From NCBI RefSeq assembly GCF_006345805.1, contig NC_043007.1:65472001-65536000 (forward strand): a stretch of DNA of 64,000 bases, read 5' to 3'. Below the pieces are notes generated by a model. It saw only the letters and a list, made by a program, of their open reading frames with translations, made no database searches and was not told the origin of the DNA. Numbering within the stretch: the first letter of the stretch is position 1; each line of letters opens with the position of its first letter. The translations under genes and the position numbers were made by a program. The stretch comes from Octopus sinensis. Taxonomy: Eukaryota. This document shows, piece after piece, positions 1-13,257 of the stretch.

Positions 1-47
1 TATATATATTATATATTATATATATATATATATATATATTATATATG

Positions 48-97
<50 letters not shown>

Positions 98-272
98 TAC
101 ACACATACAAACATATATGCATACATACATACAACCTTACACACATGTAATCATACATACATGTATGCATACATAATCCAGCCATCCAGTCATCCAACCA
201 TCCATCCATCCTTCCAGTAAACCATCTATCCATACATACATACATACATACATACATACATACATACATACA

Positions 273-306
<34 letters not shown>

Positions 307-355
307 CATACATACATACATACATGCATACATACTTAAATATACATATAAACAC
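1..355. repeat. (TA)n / (TACA)n / (CATC)n microsatellites
   Basis: Direct reading of the sequence. Confidence 0.97.
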
Positions 356-967
356 ACGTGTTTTCTTTCACTATAGCCTATTTGATTATCTACTCTTTCT
401 TTTCTCTTTACATATCTTTCTCTTTCTTCCTTCCTCCCCCCCCTCTCTCTCTCTCTTTCAACCTTTATCTATCTTGCCTCTGTGATTCCCTCCCTTACTG
501 CTCTATGTATACATCTCTTACTTTCTCTAATGCTTCCTCCCCACCATACCTTTCACTCCACGTCATATTTTCCTTCTATCACGCTGCCATCACTTGCACA
601 CCACCACAATATACTGCATGCTCACTCCCTCCTCCTACAACATGCGCGAACACACACACATACACACACACACAGACTTCTGAACCTCATCAAGACATAC
701 TAATTTATCTTATTTTACGAATTTGTTTGTAGTTGTTCTTGTGTTACCCCATTGCGCGCACACACACACACACACATGCACAGACACACATGCACACACA
801 CACACAAATATTTACACACAAACACGCCACACACGTATACGTACGTCTAAATACATAATCACTCGCGCGTATGTACACACATACACACATATACAAACCT
901 TCAGAAACACGCGTTGCTGGGCAACGATTCAGAGAAGCCGGTCCAAGTGACTGTTACTCTGGACCAG

Positions 968-1260
<293 letters not shown>

Positions 1261-1820
1261 TAAATGCCCTGATGTAGTACCAGGCAGTGGCTCTCGTGGT
1301 TTCTGATCTTAACTGATTGGAAGTGTTATCATGTACATTGCTTTGTATTGGTATAAAAGATGGGCTACAGCAAATATTCTGCTCAATACCACAGATTTGC
1401 TGGTCAGTTGTTTGACCTTAACCAGTTGAGCATGTCCCATAGTGGCTGACGATATGTGCATCTCTGATCACGAGCAGAAGTAGTGGGGGAGCATCATAGC
1501 CATGTGTTGAGAGGGATTCTTTGGGGTTTGAATAATTCACCTCTGGAAACATGGGTGTTTCGTTCAACATCCTTAAACAATCCTTATTCAGGGACCTTTT
1601 GAGCGGGAGGGTTACCCGTCCAGAAGAAAATTCTAACTGGGACCCACCTGCAAGGTCATGTGCTGTTTATCTTGATATGAGATCACCATGTCGCGCACAT
1701 ATGGTTGTGATGCATGTGCCTAGTGTACCATTATCAGACGGGTAGTCATGATGGGTATTCTGGACTTCGTATATTTTACCCCAGTGTCACTTTGATGGCA
1801 TGCACTGCTCTCCCGCTCAA
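1261..1820. mobile_element. Unclassified interspersed repeat bounded by triplet microsatellites (second partial copy at 2551-2855)
   Basis: About 560 bp, higher GC, abrupt boundaries at microsatellites; no long ORF; family not assigned. Confidence 0.45.
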
Positions 1821-1846
1821 TAATAATGATGATGATGATGATGATG

Positions 1847-1878
<32 letters not shown>

Positions 1879-1898
1879 TAATAATAATAATAATAATA

Positions 1899-1959
<61 letters not shown>

Positions 1960-2017
1960 TCATTATTATTATTATCATCATCATCATCATCATTGTTGTT
2001 GCTGTTGTTATTATTAT

Positions 2018-2062
<45 letters not shown>

Positions 2063-2950
2063 TATTATTATTATTATTATTTCAGCTAAAGGCACGAGAC
2101 TGAAATTGAATTTGTGAGAGGCGGTCTAGTCGATTACATGGAACCCAGTGTTTATTTTTTCTTTCATCCTCTTGGTGGCGATAAAATAGGGGCTAGTTCA
2201 CTGCGGTGTCATTGACAAGATCACGCGTAGTGAATAAAATGCTTTATAATAATATTAGCGACGGAAGCTGTAATAGTACCAAGTCGTAATCTTTATATCT
2301 TACTCAAAGTAGTATGCATTATTAGAACGCCTAATACTGCAATACTGCAGTATTCGCCTTCGAAGATCCTCTCATACAGACGTATGGTGCTAAGAGCGCA
2401 AGCATTTATCGTTAGCAGATGCGATCCGTCTGACATGGGCCACCGGAAACNNNNNNNNNNNNNNNNNNNNNNNNNNNNNNNNNNNNNNNNNNNNNNNNNN
2501 NNNNNNNNNNNNNNNNNNNNNNNNNNNNNNNNNNNNNNNNNNNNNNNNNNGGATTCTTTGGGGTTTGAATAATTCACCTCTGGAAACAGGGTGTTTCGTT
2601 CACCATCCTAAACAATCCTTATTCAGGGACCTTTTGAGCGGGAGGGTTACCCGTCCAGAGAAAATTCTAACTGGGACCACACCCTGCAAGGTCATGTGCT
2701 GTTTATCTGATATGAGATCACCATGTCGCGCACATATGGTTGTGATCATGTGCCTAGTGTACCATTATCAGACGGGTAGTCATGATGGGTATTCTGGACT
2801 TCGTATATTTTACCCCAGTGTCACTTTGATGGCATGCACTGCTCTCCCGCTCAATAATAATGATGATGATGATAGATGATGATAATAATAATAATAATAA
2901 TAAAATAATAATAATAATAATAATCTAATAATAATAATGTATTATTATTA

Positions 2951-2987
<37 letters not shown>

Positions 2988-3482
2988 TTTATTATTTCAT
3001 TTATTATTATTATCATCATCATCATCATCATTGTTGTTTTGCTGTTGTTATTATTATTATTCTTATATTATTATTATTATTAATTATTATATTATTACTA
3101 TTATTATTATTATTATTATTTCAGCTAAAGGCACGAGACCTGAAATTTGTGGAGAGGCGGTCTAGTCGATTACATGGAACCCAGTGTTATTTTTTCTTTC
3201 ATCCTCTTGGTGGCGATAAAATAGGGGCTAGTTCACTGCGGTGTATTGACAAGATCACGCAGTAGTGAATAAAATGCTTTATAATAATATTAGCGACGGA
3301 AGCTGTAATAGTACCAAGTCGTAATCTTTATATCTTACTCAAAGTAGATGCATTATTAGAACGCCTAATACTGCAATACTGCAGTATTCGCCTTCGAAGA
3401 TCCTCTCATACAGACGTATGGTGCTAAGAGCGCAAGCATTTATCGTTAGCAGATGCGATCCGTCTGACATGGCCACCGGAAC
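1514..3482. other. 100-N assembly gap (2451-2550) flanked by a near-identical duplication
   Basis: 1514-2450 matches 2551-3482 except for small indels, many in homopolymers or microsatellites; both copies abut the gap. Confidence 0.9.
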
Positions 3483-3668
3483 TGCCAGATCACGTGATTT
3501 CAGCGTACTGGACCTCCTCAGTGACGGGTGTTCTCTCACCGAATACTAGCCAAATCTCACTGTCAACGATATATGGAATAACAGTGACTCTTCAGTCACT
3601 GGTGTCGCAAATAGTCAGTAGGCTTATTAAAATATACCCCTGCCAGACAGTCCTCGTCTGCTAATGAT

Positions 3669-3707
<39 letters not shown>

Positions 3708-3964
3708 CTTAGCATCGCCTATCAGCGGTCGTTTTTCCGTACGAAGGAGCAGACAGTGAAAGAAAGGATACGTTTTAAGATTTAGCTGCTATTTCTAGTG
3801 GGTCGAAAGTCTACGTAGAGGATTCTTCTTTGGCTCTATGATGACGACATTGAAGGTGAAGGTGATGTTAATCAATGCAGCAATTGATTCCTTGCGTTAA
3901 TGTAATTAATACACCTTAATTTACTTCGATTTCTCTCAAGTTGGACATTCCAAGTTCAGCAATC

Positions 3965-4370
3965 TCTGGTGGTGATAGTGGTAGTGATAGTAATGGTGGT
4001 GGTGGTTGAGGGGTGGTTTTAGTGGTGGTTGTGGTGGCGGTAGTATTTGTGGTGGTGGTTAATGGTTGTGGTGGTGGGTAATGGTTGAAGTGGTGGCTGT
4101 GGTTGTGGTGGCGGTGGTGGTGGTGGTCGTCGTCGTCGTCGTGTTGGTGGTGGTAGTGGGGTAGTACAGACGCTGCAAGTGTTAAAAAAGAGGCTTTCGT
4201 TTCTTTGGTGGTAGTAGTAGTAGTAGTAGTAGTTGTTGTTGTTGTTGATGGAGGGTTGAGGCGGAGTACCTAGTGGTAATCAGAGATGATAGCAAAAAAG
4301 GAAGGGGTGGAATTATGTGTGGGTGTTTCGAGCAGCAACAACAACGACAACCACAGTAGTAACAAACATA
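3965..4370. repeat. Degenerate (GGT)n/(GTA)n/(GTT)n low-complexity tract
   Basis: Direct reading of the sequence. Confidence 0.9.
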
Positions 4371-5197
4371 TCGGGAAAAAGTAATCAAAAAGAAACGAAC
4401 TCATAAACGGCCAGATACATGGAGGATGTGGTGAAGTAGGATAGCTCTAGAAACAACACAGAATGGTGCTTAGACACACACACACATACACAAGCGCGCG
4501 CGCACACACACACACAATCGAAATAAATAAACGACAACAAAAACAGAAAAAAACAGAAAGGATAAACAGAAACCAAAATAGACATATTGTCGGGATGTGG
4601 AATTAACATTGAAACGGTAAACTCAAAACAAAAGACCGAAGCGTATTGTAGGATAACAGCTATTACTATGTATGATTTGGTTCTACCTGTTTGGCGAGAG
4701 ACCTGCTCTGAGATAGAGCATTGAAATTTAGACATAAACAGACACAATCATAGCATTGTAGTATCGCCCATTTAAATAAATAAAAACATTCATACACTAC
4801 TTTATATGTATATATATATATATAAACAGTTTATTTTTGCTGTCTTGTTCTCACTGTCCTGTTCTTGTTACCGCTTTCACCCTCCGCAAAAAATCCTAAA
4901 TTTTATTTAATTTGCTTTGTGGGAAGGACTGTTTCAACGAAGTCGCGTATTGTCCTTGCTTTCGTAACGCGGAGTAGATAAAACAGGAACAACTGATGAA
5001 GGGGAATATTCTTTATGTTGCATGTCTCGTTTCTCTGTTTGTTTTTTTCGCTGGTCTCATTGTGTTCAACGTTTTTTTGATGTCCTGTACCCATATATGT
5101 ATGTATATATGTATATATATGTAGGTATGTAATATGTATGTATATATGCATATATTTATATATCATTTAGATTACACACCACACACACACACACTAC

Positions 5198-5228
<31 letters not shown>

Positions 5229-5235
5229 ATATACG

Positions 5236-5298
<63 letters not shown>

Positions 5299-5494
5299 AC
5301 ATACGTATATATATATATATATCAGTGTGATCACCATGACCGACCAGGCCATCAGATGTTGCTACACATCGCTGGTTACAATGCGCTTCACACTGTTTTA
5401 TAGCCTTCAATGACGCCACCCTGCAGGCAAGCGAGCAGGCCAATATATATATATATATATTATATATATAATATATATATATATATAATATATA

Positions 5495-5525
<31 letters not shown>

Positions 5526-5841
5526 AGTAATTATTTAGACTTTGGGTATATGTCTAGTAATATACTGATTAGAGCACTTTCACCATTTAGGGTACCTGAT
5601 GTCAACCACAATTACGATATAATGGTCACTGGATCTACGTCAGGAATTTCGCAGTGTTCGTTGAGTTTATTCAGCATAACGACTAGACACACCCTGTATT
5701 GATGGATGTAACACAACTAGATGAACTATATCCTACCCGTAAGAGAAAGTTGCAGGAATGGGTCAAAACGATTGTTGTGCTGAATAAAGATTCTTGCTAA
5801 ATCCAGTTTCCGTTTCTCCCATTCATTATACATATATATAT

Positions 5842-6670
5842 ATATTAATAGTTATCGCCAAGCTAATATGGCAGCCCATAAATATAGGACGAAAGCTGTC
5901 GTTGATTAGCTCCAAGAGGCCATCGCCTCTAGTTACTATGTAACACACGAACCTATGTCCATTATAAACTTCGAACAGGGGAGGTCAGCCGATTCCACTT
6001 GCTGGTCAGGCACCTTCAGACTAGTTTCAGGGTATTTTCCCTTTATCAATGCAGAGTAGCCGAACCCAGCAAGCTCGCTACTGACCGTCTGTTCGAAGGA
6101 TTATTTACCTAAATTCAGTGGAATATATCCACTGGTTTTCAACAATAGAAATTTTATTATTTCTAAGTCTCTCTAAAGGAGACTACGACAGCGGTACTGG
6201 ATATTAATAGTTATCGCCAAGCAAATATGGTAGTCCATAAATATAGGACGAAAGCTGCCGTTGATTAGCTCCAAGAGGTCATCGCCTCTAGCTAGCTATG
6301 TGACACACGAACCTGTGTCCATTATAACCTTCGGTAAATAACCTTTAGGTAAATAACCTTTAGGTAAATAATCCTTCGACAGTCAGTAGCGAGCCTGCTG
6401 GTTTCGGCTACTCTGCATTGATAAAGGGCAAATACTCTGAAAGTAGACTGCAGAGGCCTGACCAGCAAGCTGAAGCGGCTGACGTCCACTGTTCGAAGGT
6501 TATAATGGACACAGGTTCGTGTGTCACATAGCTAACTAGAGGCGATGGCCTCTTGGAGCTAATCAATGGCAGCTTTTGTCCTATATTTATGGACTGCCAT
6601 ATTAGCTTGGCGATAACTATTAATATCCAGTACCGCTGCCGTAGTCTCCTTTAGAGATACTTAGAAATAA
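5842..6670. repeat. Direct plus inverted copies of a ~320-bp unit (foldback structure)
   Basis: Copy A 5842-6113 (+), copy B 6154-6333 (+), copy C 6359-6670 (-). Confidence 0.9.
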
Positions 6671-6678
6671 TGATATAT

Positions 6679-6761
<83 letters not shown>

Positions 6762-6764
6762 TAT

Positions 6765-7060
6765 ATGGGTACAGACGTCACCAATAGTAAACAACATGAA
6801 ATACGAAAACAAATGAGTTCAATACGCAAACAACGAGAGAAAAAATGGAAAACAAGAGGACAAGTAACATAAGGAATAACTTTCCATCAGTTGTCGGCTG
6901 TCTGTCTACTCCTCATTTCGAGCAAAGAACGCCAATATGAGTCTTCGAAGACAGTTGCTCTCATAAGTACCAAAATAAAATTTGGGATTTATGGAGAGCC
7001 AAAGTTGGGAACAAAAACAGGATAGAGGAGACATACAAGGAAGCCGAACGAAAACAAATA
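6765..7060. mobile_element. Interspersed repeat, possibly a Penelope-like terminus (inverse copy at ~59860-60095)
   Basis: The reverse complement aligns by eye to 59860-60095 (ATAAATCCCAAATTTTATTTTGG...AGCAACTGTCTTC(G/A)AAGACTCAT...TGTACCCAT); class tentative. Confidence 0.55.
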
Positions 7061-7202
7061 TGGAGTTCTCAGTATTATCGTTAAAGGCATGAAACTGTGT
7101 TATTAGTATTTCGGTAGATAACCGAAGAAGAATTAGGGTCCTTCTCTGTCTGTCCTATGTGTACGTTTTTTAGTACATTTTTCATTTATTATTATATATA
7201 TA

Positions 7203-7860
7203 CAGGGTGGGGTGAATAAATTGTTTCAATTACGGCAAAAATGAAAATAACAATGACATCTCATTTTAACAGATATATTTACCAAAATTACATAAAAATA
7301 TCTTGCAATACTAAAGAATGAATTTATTCAATAAAATCGCCATTGGCTTTAACCACGACCGCTAGACGACTTCGGAATCTTCTTCAGATCTTATTTAAGT
7401 TGGTGAATGCTGCCATAATCCTTGCCTTCAGTTCATCTTTGGTGTTACAAAGAGTTTTGCTGGTCTCTCGCTCAACTGTACCTCACACATAATAATCAAG
7501 GGGATTGCAGTCAGAGAAGCTAGGTGGTCAAATGTTAGGGGTCGTGTGGTCTCAGAAATTGTCTGACAGTTATGACTGGATTCACCTGCTTGTGTGGCAT
7601 GGTGCAGAGTCCTGTTGCCAGACATAGGGTCTTCTAGCAGTCACCCTATTCAACCAGGGAAGCACTAGGTCCTCCAGGCACTTGATGTAGGCCTCCCTGT
7701 TGAGTCTGAGGCCGTGTGGGAAGATGAATGGGGGCATAACGTCGCAATCACTTGTGATCACTCAAAATTCCATGATGTTGACTGGATGCTTGATTTTTAT
7801 CATCCTCGGTACATGTTTTGGGGAGAACCGCAAGCCAACGGTTGTTCTGTGTATTCACTA
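7203..7860 (-). mobile_element. Tc1/mariner-superfamily (maT/DD37D-like) transposon remnant, 3' half
   Basis: Minus-strand fragments YVWQQDSAPCH, PPSFSDCNPLDYYV*GTVERETS and NTKDELKARIMAAFTNLNK; TA-CAGGGTG terminus at 7201-7209; contains stops and frameshifts. Confidence 0.85.
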
Positions 7861-7925
7861 TCTAATGCTGGCAGAAATTTTTTTCTCGTCTCAGAAAAAC
7901 CAAATGTATATTATATATGAATATG

Positions 7926-7958
<33 letters not shown>

Positions 7959-7977
7959 ATATATATATATATATATA

Positions 7978-8011
<34 letters not shown>

Positions 8012-9179
8012 ATATAGTGTTGTGTGTGTGTGTGTGTGTGTGTGGTGTGTATGTGTGTGTGAGTGTGTGTGTGTGTGTGTCTTCTCCTAATCCCCCTCTC
8101 CTCCTCCAAAGGCCCTCTCTTCCTCCTTATGCTCCCTCTTCCTACTTCCAATTTCCTCCCTCCTCCTTCTCCTCTTCTAATTACTACCTTTAAAAACTGC
8201 TCTCGTTCTCACCGTGTTATACCCATTTAGATTAATGGCAGAATTTGATATAGCGTCGGAGAAAATAGCTGACTGAATTCAAACTTTACCGTGGTTAACT
8301 TTGCTTTTCATCTTTCCAGGACGGCTGGTTGTGGGATAATAAGATAAAACCCCAGTTAAATACTGGAGTTGATTTTGGATTGGATCGGGTTGGATTTGAT
8401 CGCCTATGTTCAGTGCACTGCAGAGCGAAGGCCTCAGCGTGTTCTCTCCGCCAGCCATGGTCTGATGTGAAGGCCATGAATTTAAGCCTGAGATCATACT
8501 GGTTGGATGAGCCTACTCTGCTACATTAGCTCGACATGGCTTGGCAGAGGGGATCAGTTTTTTTTTATATACTCTCCTTAGGAGTAGTTAATTTGATTAC
8601 ATTGACCCCCCAATGCTCAACTGGTACTTATTTATGTCGATTTCTGTACATATACTGTGAAGGATAAAAGGATAAAGTTCTTTCCCGTGTTGTATAAACT
8701 CAAAGGACCGGTTTCCCAGTTTCCATGGCATATGTATTCTCAACCTGGATGGGACACTGGTCTGTCACAAGATTATTCATTTTACTAGCTGAGTGGACAG
8801 GAGCAAACTGAAATGAAGTGTTTTGCTCAAGAACACAACACATCGCCCGCTCCAGAATTCGAAAACACAATCTTATGATTATGAGTCCAACACCCTAACC
8901 ACTAAGCCACTACCTATAATTTACCGTTTCTCAAATTTACAAATACCGACATTCCACCACCACCACAATATCAGTGAAATGTGCCACCCCACCTTCTCTT
9001 TATTAATGAGATTTTTGCAGCCATTTAACTCATCATTCTTTTCCATGGTATTTGACAGAATTAACAAGTTAGAAAGAAGATTTTAATTTTTATTAAACAC
9101 GACAAGTTGTCTCCACCACTTTTCCCCACCTTTGAGTTCTCACAACTCTTCTACCGCCTATCTATTAGAAGACAGTGGA

Positions 9180-9365
9180 AATTATAAACCAAGAAGAAGA
9201 AGAAGATGAAGAAAGAAGAAAAGAAGAAAGGAAGAAGAAGAAGAAACGATGAAGAAGATGAGAAGAAGAGAAGAAGAAAAGAAGAAAAGAAGAAGAAGTA
9301 AGAAGAGAAGAAGAAGAAGAAGAAGAAAGAAGAGGAGGAGGAGGAGGAGGAGAAGATGAAGAAGA
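9180..9365. repeat. (GAA)n purine microsatellite
   Basis: Direct reading of the sequence. Confidence 0.95.
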
Positions 9366-9540
9366 CCTGTCCAAAGTTGGGCAGATTGGGTTACATGAGA
9401 CTGCACAGCATGCGACAGTGGTGCCCTGATGCAAACGGCTGATACCCTAGAAAGTCGATCATCGGATTTCTCTTCCAATCCGATGTGGTGTTCAATAATA
9501 CAGCTTTGTCGATGCAAAACTCCTGAGGAAGATATTTTAA

Positions 9541-9655
9541 GACACGTGATCAGCAACCGATTCCAAAATTGTAAATCCCGTGACCGGCAACTAGAAACAA
9601 AGTGATGTCACGTGATCAGCAAGTAGAATCAAATTGATGTCACGTGGTCAATAAG
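9541..9655. promoter_or_regulatory. Phased E-box (CACGTG) cluster in four degenerate ~32-bp repeats
   Basis: CACGTG at 9543, 9609 and 9641; CCCGTG at 9577. Confidence 0.4.
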
Positions 9656-9714
9656 CGGTTACATAAATGATTGCATGAAAATTTTTGAGATCGAATAATT
9701 AGTAAAGCAAAAAT

Positions 9715-10341
9715 AATCATCGTCGTCGTGGTCATCGTCAATGTCGTCGTCGTCGTCTTCATCATCATCATCATTATCATCATCATCATCATCACCCTCT
9801 TTGTCGTCGATGTCAACATCATCATCGATGTCATCATTATCATGAATCTCGTGCTCAAAATCCTCGCCGTCATGGGTTTCATCGCCAGTATCTTTTACCA
9901 TCGTCATTATCATCGACATTATCATCGTCATTACTTTCAGAAATAGCAGCAGCAGCAGCATCACCACCACCACCAAAAACAGCAATAGCAGCAAGAACAA
10001 CGACAACAACAACAAAAACAAAATCAACAACAGTATAAGAGCATGGCCATTGTCATTACCATCGGCATTTTCGTTGTCATAATTGATTGTCATCTCATCA
10101 TTACTATTATGTCGTTGTCCTTATCCTCATCATTGTCACCATCCTCAATACCGCATAGGCCGTCATCCTAGACGTCATCATCTTCATCTTATTCTTCATC
10201 ATCATCATCATCTTCTTCTTCTTCTTCTTCTTCTTCTTCTTCTTCTTCTTCTTCTTCTTCTTCTTCTTCTTCTCCTTCTTCTTCTTCTCCTTCTTCTTTT
10301 TCTTCTTCTTTTTCTTCTTCTTCTTCTTCTTCTCCTTCTTT

Positions 10342-10398
<57 letters not shown>

Positions 10399-10437
10399 TT
10401 CTTCTTCTTCTTCTTCTTCTTCTTCTCATCATCAACA

Positions 10438-10470
<33 letters not shown>

Positions 10471-10855
10471 TATCTTCTTCTTCTTCTTCTTCTTCTTCTT
10501 CATCTCATCATCATCATTCATCATCATCATCATCATCTTCTTCTTCTTCTTCTTTTCATTATCATCATCTTCTTCTTCTTTCTTCTTCTCTTCTTCTTCT
10601 TCTTCTTCTCATCATCATCATCATCATCATCATCATCGCATCATCTTCTTTCTTTCTCTTCTTTCATCATCATCATCTTCTTCTTCTTCGCTTCTTCTTC
10701 TTCTTCTTCCTCTTCATCATCAGCATCATCATCATCAATCATCTTCTTCTTCGTCTTCTTCTTCATTATCATCATCTTCTTCTTCTTCTTCTTCTTCTTC
10801 TTCTTCTTCTTCTTCTTCATCATCATCATCATCATCGACGTTGTCGTTGTCGTCT
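9715..10855. repeat. Long compound (CAT)n/(CTT)n/(CAG)n/(CAA)n triplet microsatellite
   Basis: Direct reading; source of the spurious 386-aa ORF. Confidence 0.95.
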
Positions 10856-11282
10856 TGACCCATTACTGCAACGCCTCTGCTTCATCCCTGAACTCGCTGA
10901 TTGTAAATGCCTCTCACACGTAAATCCATTAACTGCCACCCACGTCTGTGTTGTTTGTTTTTTTTTTTGCTTTTTTGCTTGTTTGTTTGTTTTTTTATTC
11001 CTTTTTTTTTCTTTTTTTCTGCTCACGCCACACGCCAACCTGTTTGAATTTTATCTCCCCGATCTCTTTCGAAACACTTTCTCCAGAATCAAACTCATAC
11101 TCACGTGTAAACGCGCGCACACACACACATACACACAAACACGCGCGCGCGCGCGCAATGACAAATACAGACGCAATATCTGTGATGTGGCATCATGTAT
11201 TATGTTACGTCATGATATGAGTTGTCATGTGTTTCACCAATGAATTCATTTATGGTGAAACACTGACAGTATTGTTTGACTA

Positions 11283-11665
11283 GGAGGCGCAATGGCCCAG
11301 TGGTTAGGGCAGCGGACTCGCGGTCGTAGGATCGCGGTTTCGATTCCCAGACCGGGCGTTGTGAGTGTTTATTGAGCGAAAACACCTAAAAGCTCCACGA
11401 GGCTCCGGCAGGGATGGTGGTGATCCCTGCTGTACTCTTTCACCACAACTTTCTCTCACTCTTACTTCCTGTTTCTGTTGTACCTGTATTTCAAAGGGCC
11501 GGCCTTGTCACTCTCTGTGTCACGCTGAATATCCCCGAGAACAACGTTAAGGGTACACGTGTCTGTGGAGTGCTCAGCCACTTACATGTTAATTTCACGA
11601 GCAGGCTGTTCCGTTGATCGGATCAACCGGAACCCTCGTCGTCGTAACCGACGGAGTGCTTCCAT
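11283..11665 (+). mobile_element. tRNA-derived SINE (octopus OR-type, Arg-like head), near full length
   Basis: A box TGGCCCAGTGG and B box GGTTTCGATTCC. Related copies at 14812-14970 (+), 18785-19110 (-), 36760-36950 (-), 50770-51170 (-) and 55900-56170 (+). Confidence 0.8.
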
Positions 11666-11929
11666 TGTTTGACTGTCAGAAAAATGTCTTGTGATATTTC
11701 TTCCAACTCTTTACGTTCTTAGTTCAAATCGCGACGACGTCAACTTAACCTTTCATTTTATCTATCTATTTTATTTTATTTTATTTTTTTCCGTGGGAGT
11801 GGAGATTGATAAAGTACATTTCCCGCACAAAACGCGTCCATAAATGCAACACAGACACATGCGTCTGCGCACACACGCAAACAGAAACATGCATACATAC
11901 ATACATATATAAAAAATAAATTTTGTAAT

Positions 11930-11956
11930 TGATAATAATAATAATAATAATAATAA

Positions 11957-11987
<31 letters not shown>

Positions 11988-12074
11988 AAGAAGAAGAAGA
12001 AGAAGAAGAAGAAGAAGAAGAGAAGAAGACGATGGTGATGACGATGAGGACGATGACGACGATGACAACGATGA

Positions 12075-12131
<57 letters not shown>

Positions 12132-12170
12132 TGATGATGATGCCGACGCCGCCGATAATAATGTCAGCAA
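11930..12170. repeat. Compound (AAT)n(AAG)n(GAC/GAT)n microsatellite
   Basis: Direct reading of the sequence. Confidence 0.95.
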
Positions 12171-12378
12171 CGATAATGATGGATCCATATTTATTTTAAA
12201 GACAATAGCTATTCAACCGTTCCATCAATCAAAATACCTATTAGTTAATTTTTTTTTCTGCTAGAGGCGCAAAACCTGAAATTCTGAGAGAGAGGACAAG
12301 TCAATTACATCGCCTCCAGTGCTCAACTGGTAATTATTTCATCAACTACAAAAAGATGAAAGGTGCTATTTGAGCGCA

Positions 12379-12576
12379 ACCTCGATGGAATTTGAGCTCG
12401 ACCTCGACGGAATTTGAGCTCGATCTCGGCGGAATTTGAGCTTGACCTCGGCGGAATTTGAGCTCGATCTCGGCAGAGTTTGAACTTGACCTCGGCGGAA
12501 TTTAAGCTCGACATCGGCGGAATTTAAGCTCGACTTCAACGGAATTTGAGCTCGACTTCAGCGGAATTTGAGATCA
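12379..12576. repeat. 22-bp minisatellite, 9 copies (ACCTCGGCGGAATTTGAGCTCG), inside a SINE
   Basis: Units start at 12379, 12401, 12423, 12445, 12467, 12489, 12511, 12533 and 12555; flanks match the SINE family at 45290-45510. Confidence 0.92.
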
Positions 12577-13208
12577 AAAGTTCCGACAGACGTAGTACCG
12601 CTATGCATTTTATCTGACGTGCCAGCTCACCTTTATAATAATAATCCTTTCTACTATACGCACAAGGCTTGAAATTTTGCGGTAGGGGCTAGTCAATTAC
12701 TGGTAACTGCTTCATTGCTCAACTGGTAACTGTTTCATTGAGCCCGAAAGGATGAAAGACAAAGTCAACCTCAGAGGAATTTGCACTCAGAACGTAAAGA
12801 CGGAGGAAATACTGCTATGCATATTGACCGGCGCGCTAACGATTCTGCGAGCGTGCCGCCTAACCAAATAGGTAAGGCGGCAAGCTGGGTAAATGTTTGA
12901 GTAATTCCACAGACAAACTTGTCCATAAATTATCGATGAGAATCAGTTTGATACACTACTTGAAGAAACCGGACCGTTTGAATTACTGGTATAATCCATC
13001 CGACAGCCTTTCACATAGTTTCTGTCCATCCAGTTTCACCGTCAATACTTGAGACGAACTATAATGCAAGCAACACTGAGAAAAAAAAGAGAGAGAGAGA
13101 AGCTCTCTGAGAAACAACGCATCAGTACACAGCCAAATGTTAAACGGAGATAAATAATAGATATATATATATAATGGGATGCAAGAAACGCAGCTTAACT
13201 TAGTCATA

Positions 13209-13257
<49 letters not shown>

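Noticed and set aside
10083-11243. 386-aa plus-strand ORF (poly-L/H/S)
   Set aside because: It is a translation of (CTT)n/(CAT)n microsatellite that lacks stops by composition; no domain or splice support.
11283-11360. tRNA gene
   Set aside because: It has A and B boxes but no proper acceptor stem or terminator, and continues into a SINE body found repeatedly in the window.
12379-12576. CRISPR-like array
   Set aside because: Units are contiguous with no unique spacers, there are no cas genes, the context is eukaryotic, and the unit derives from a SINE.
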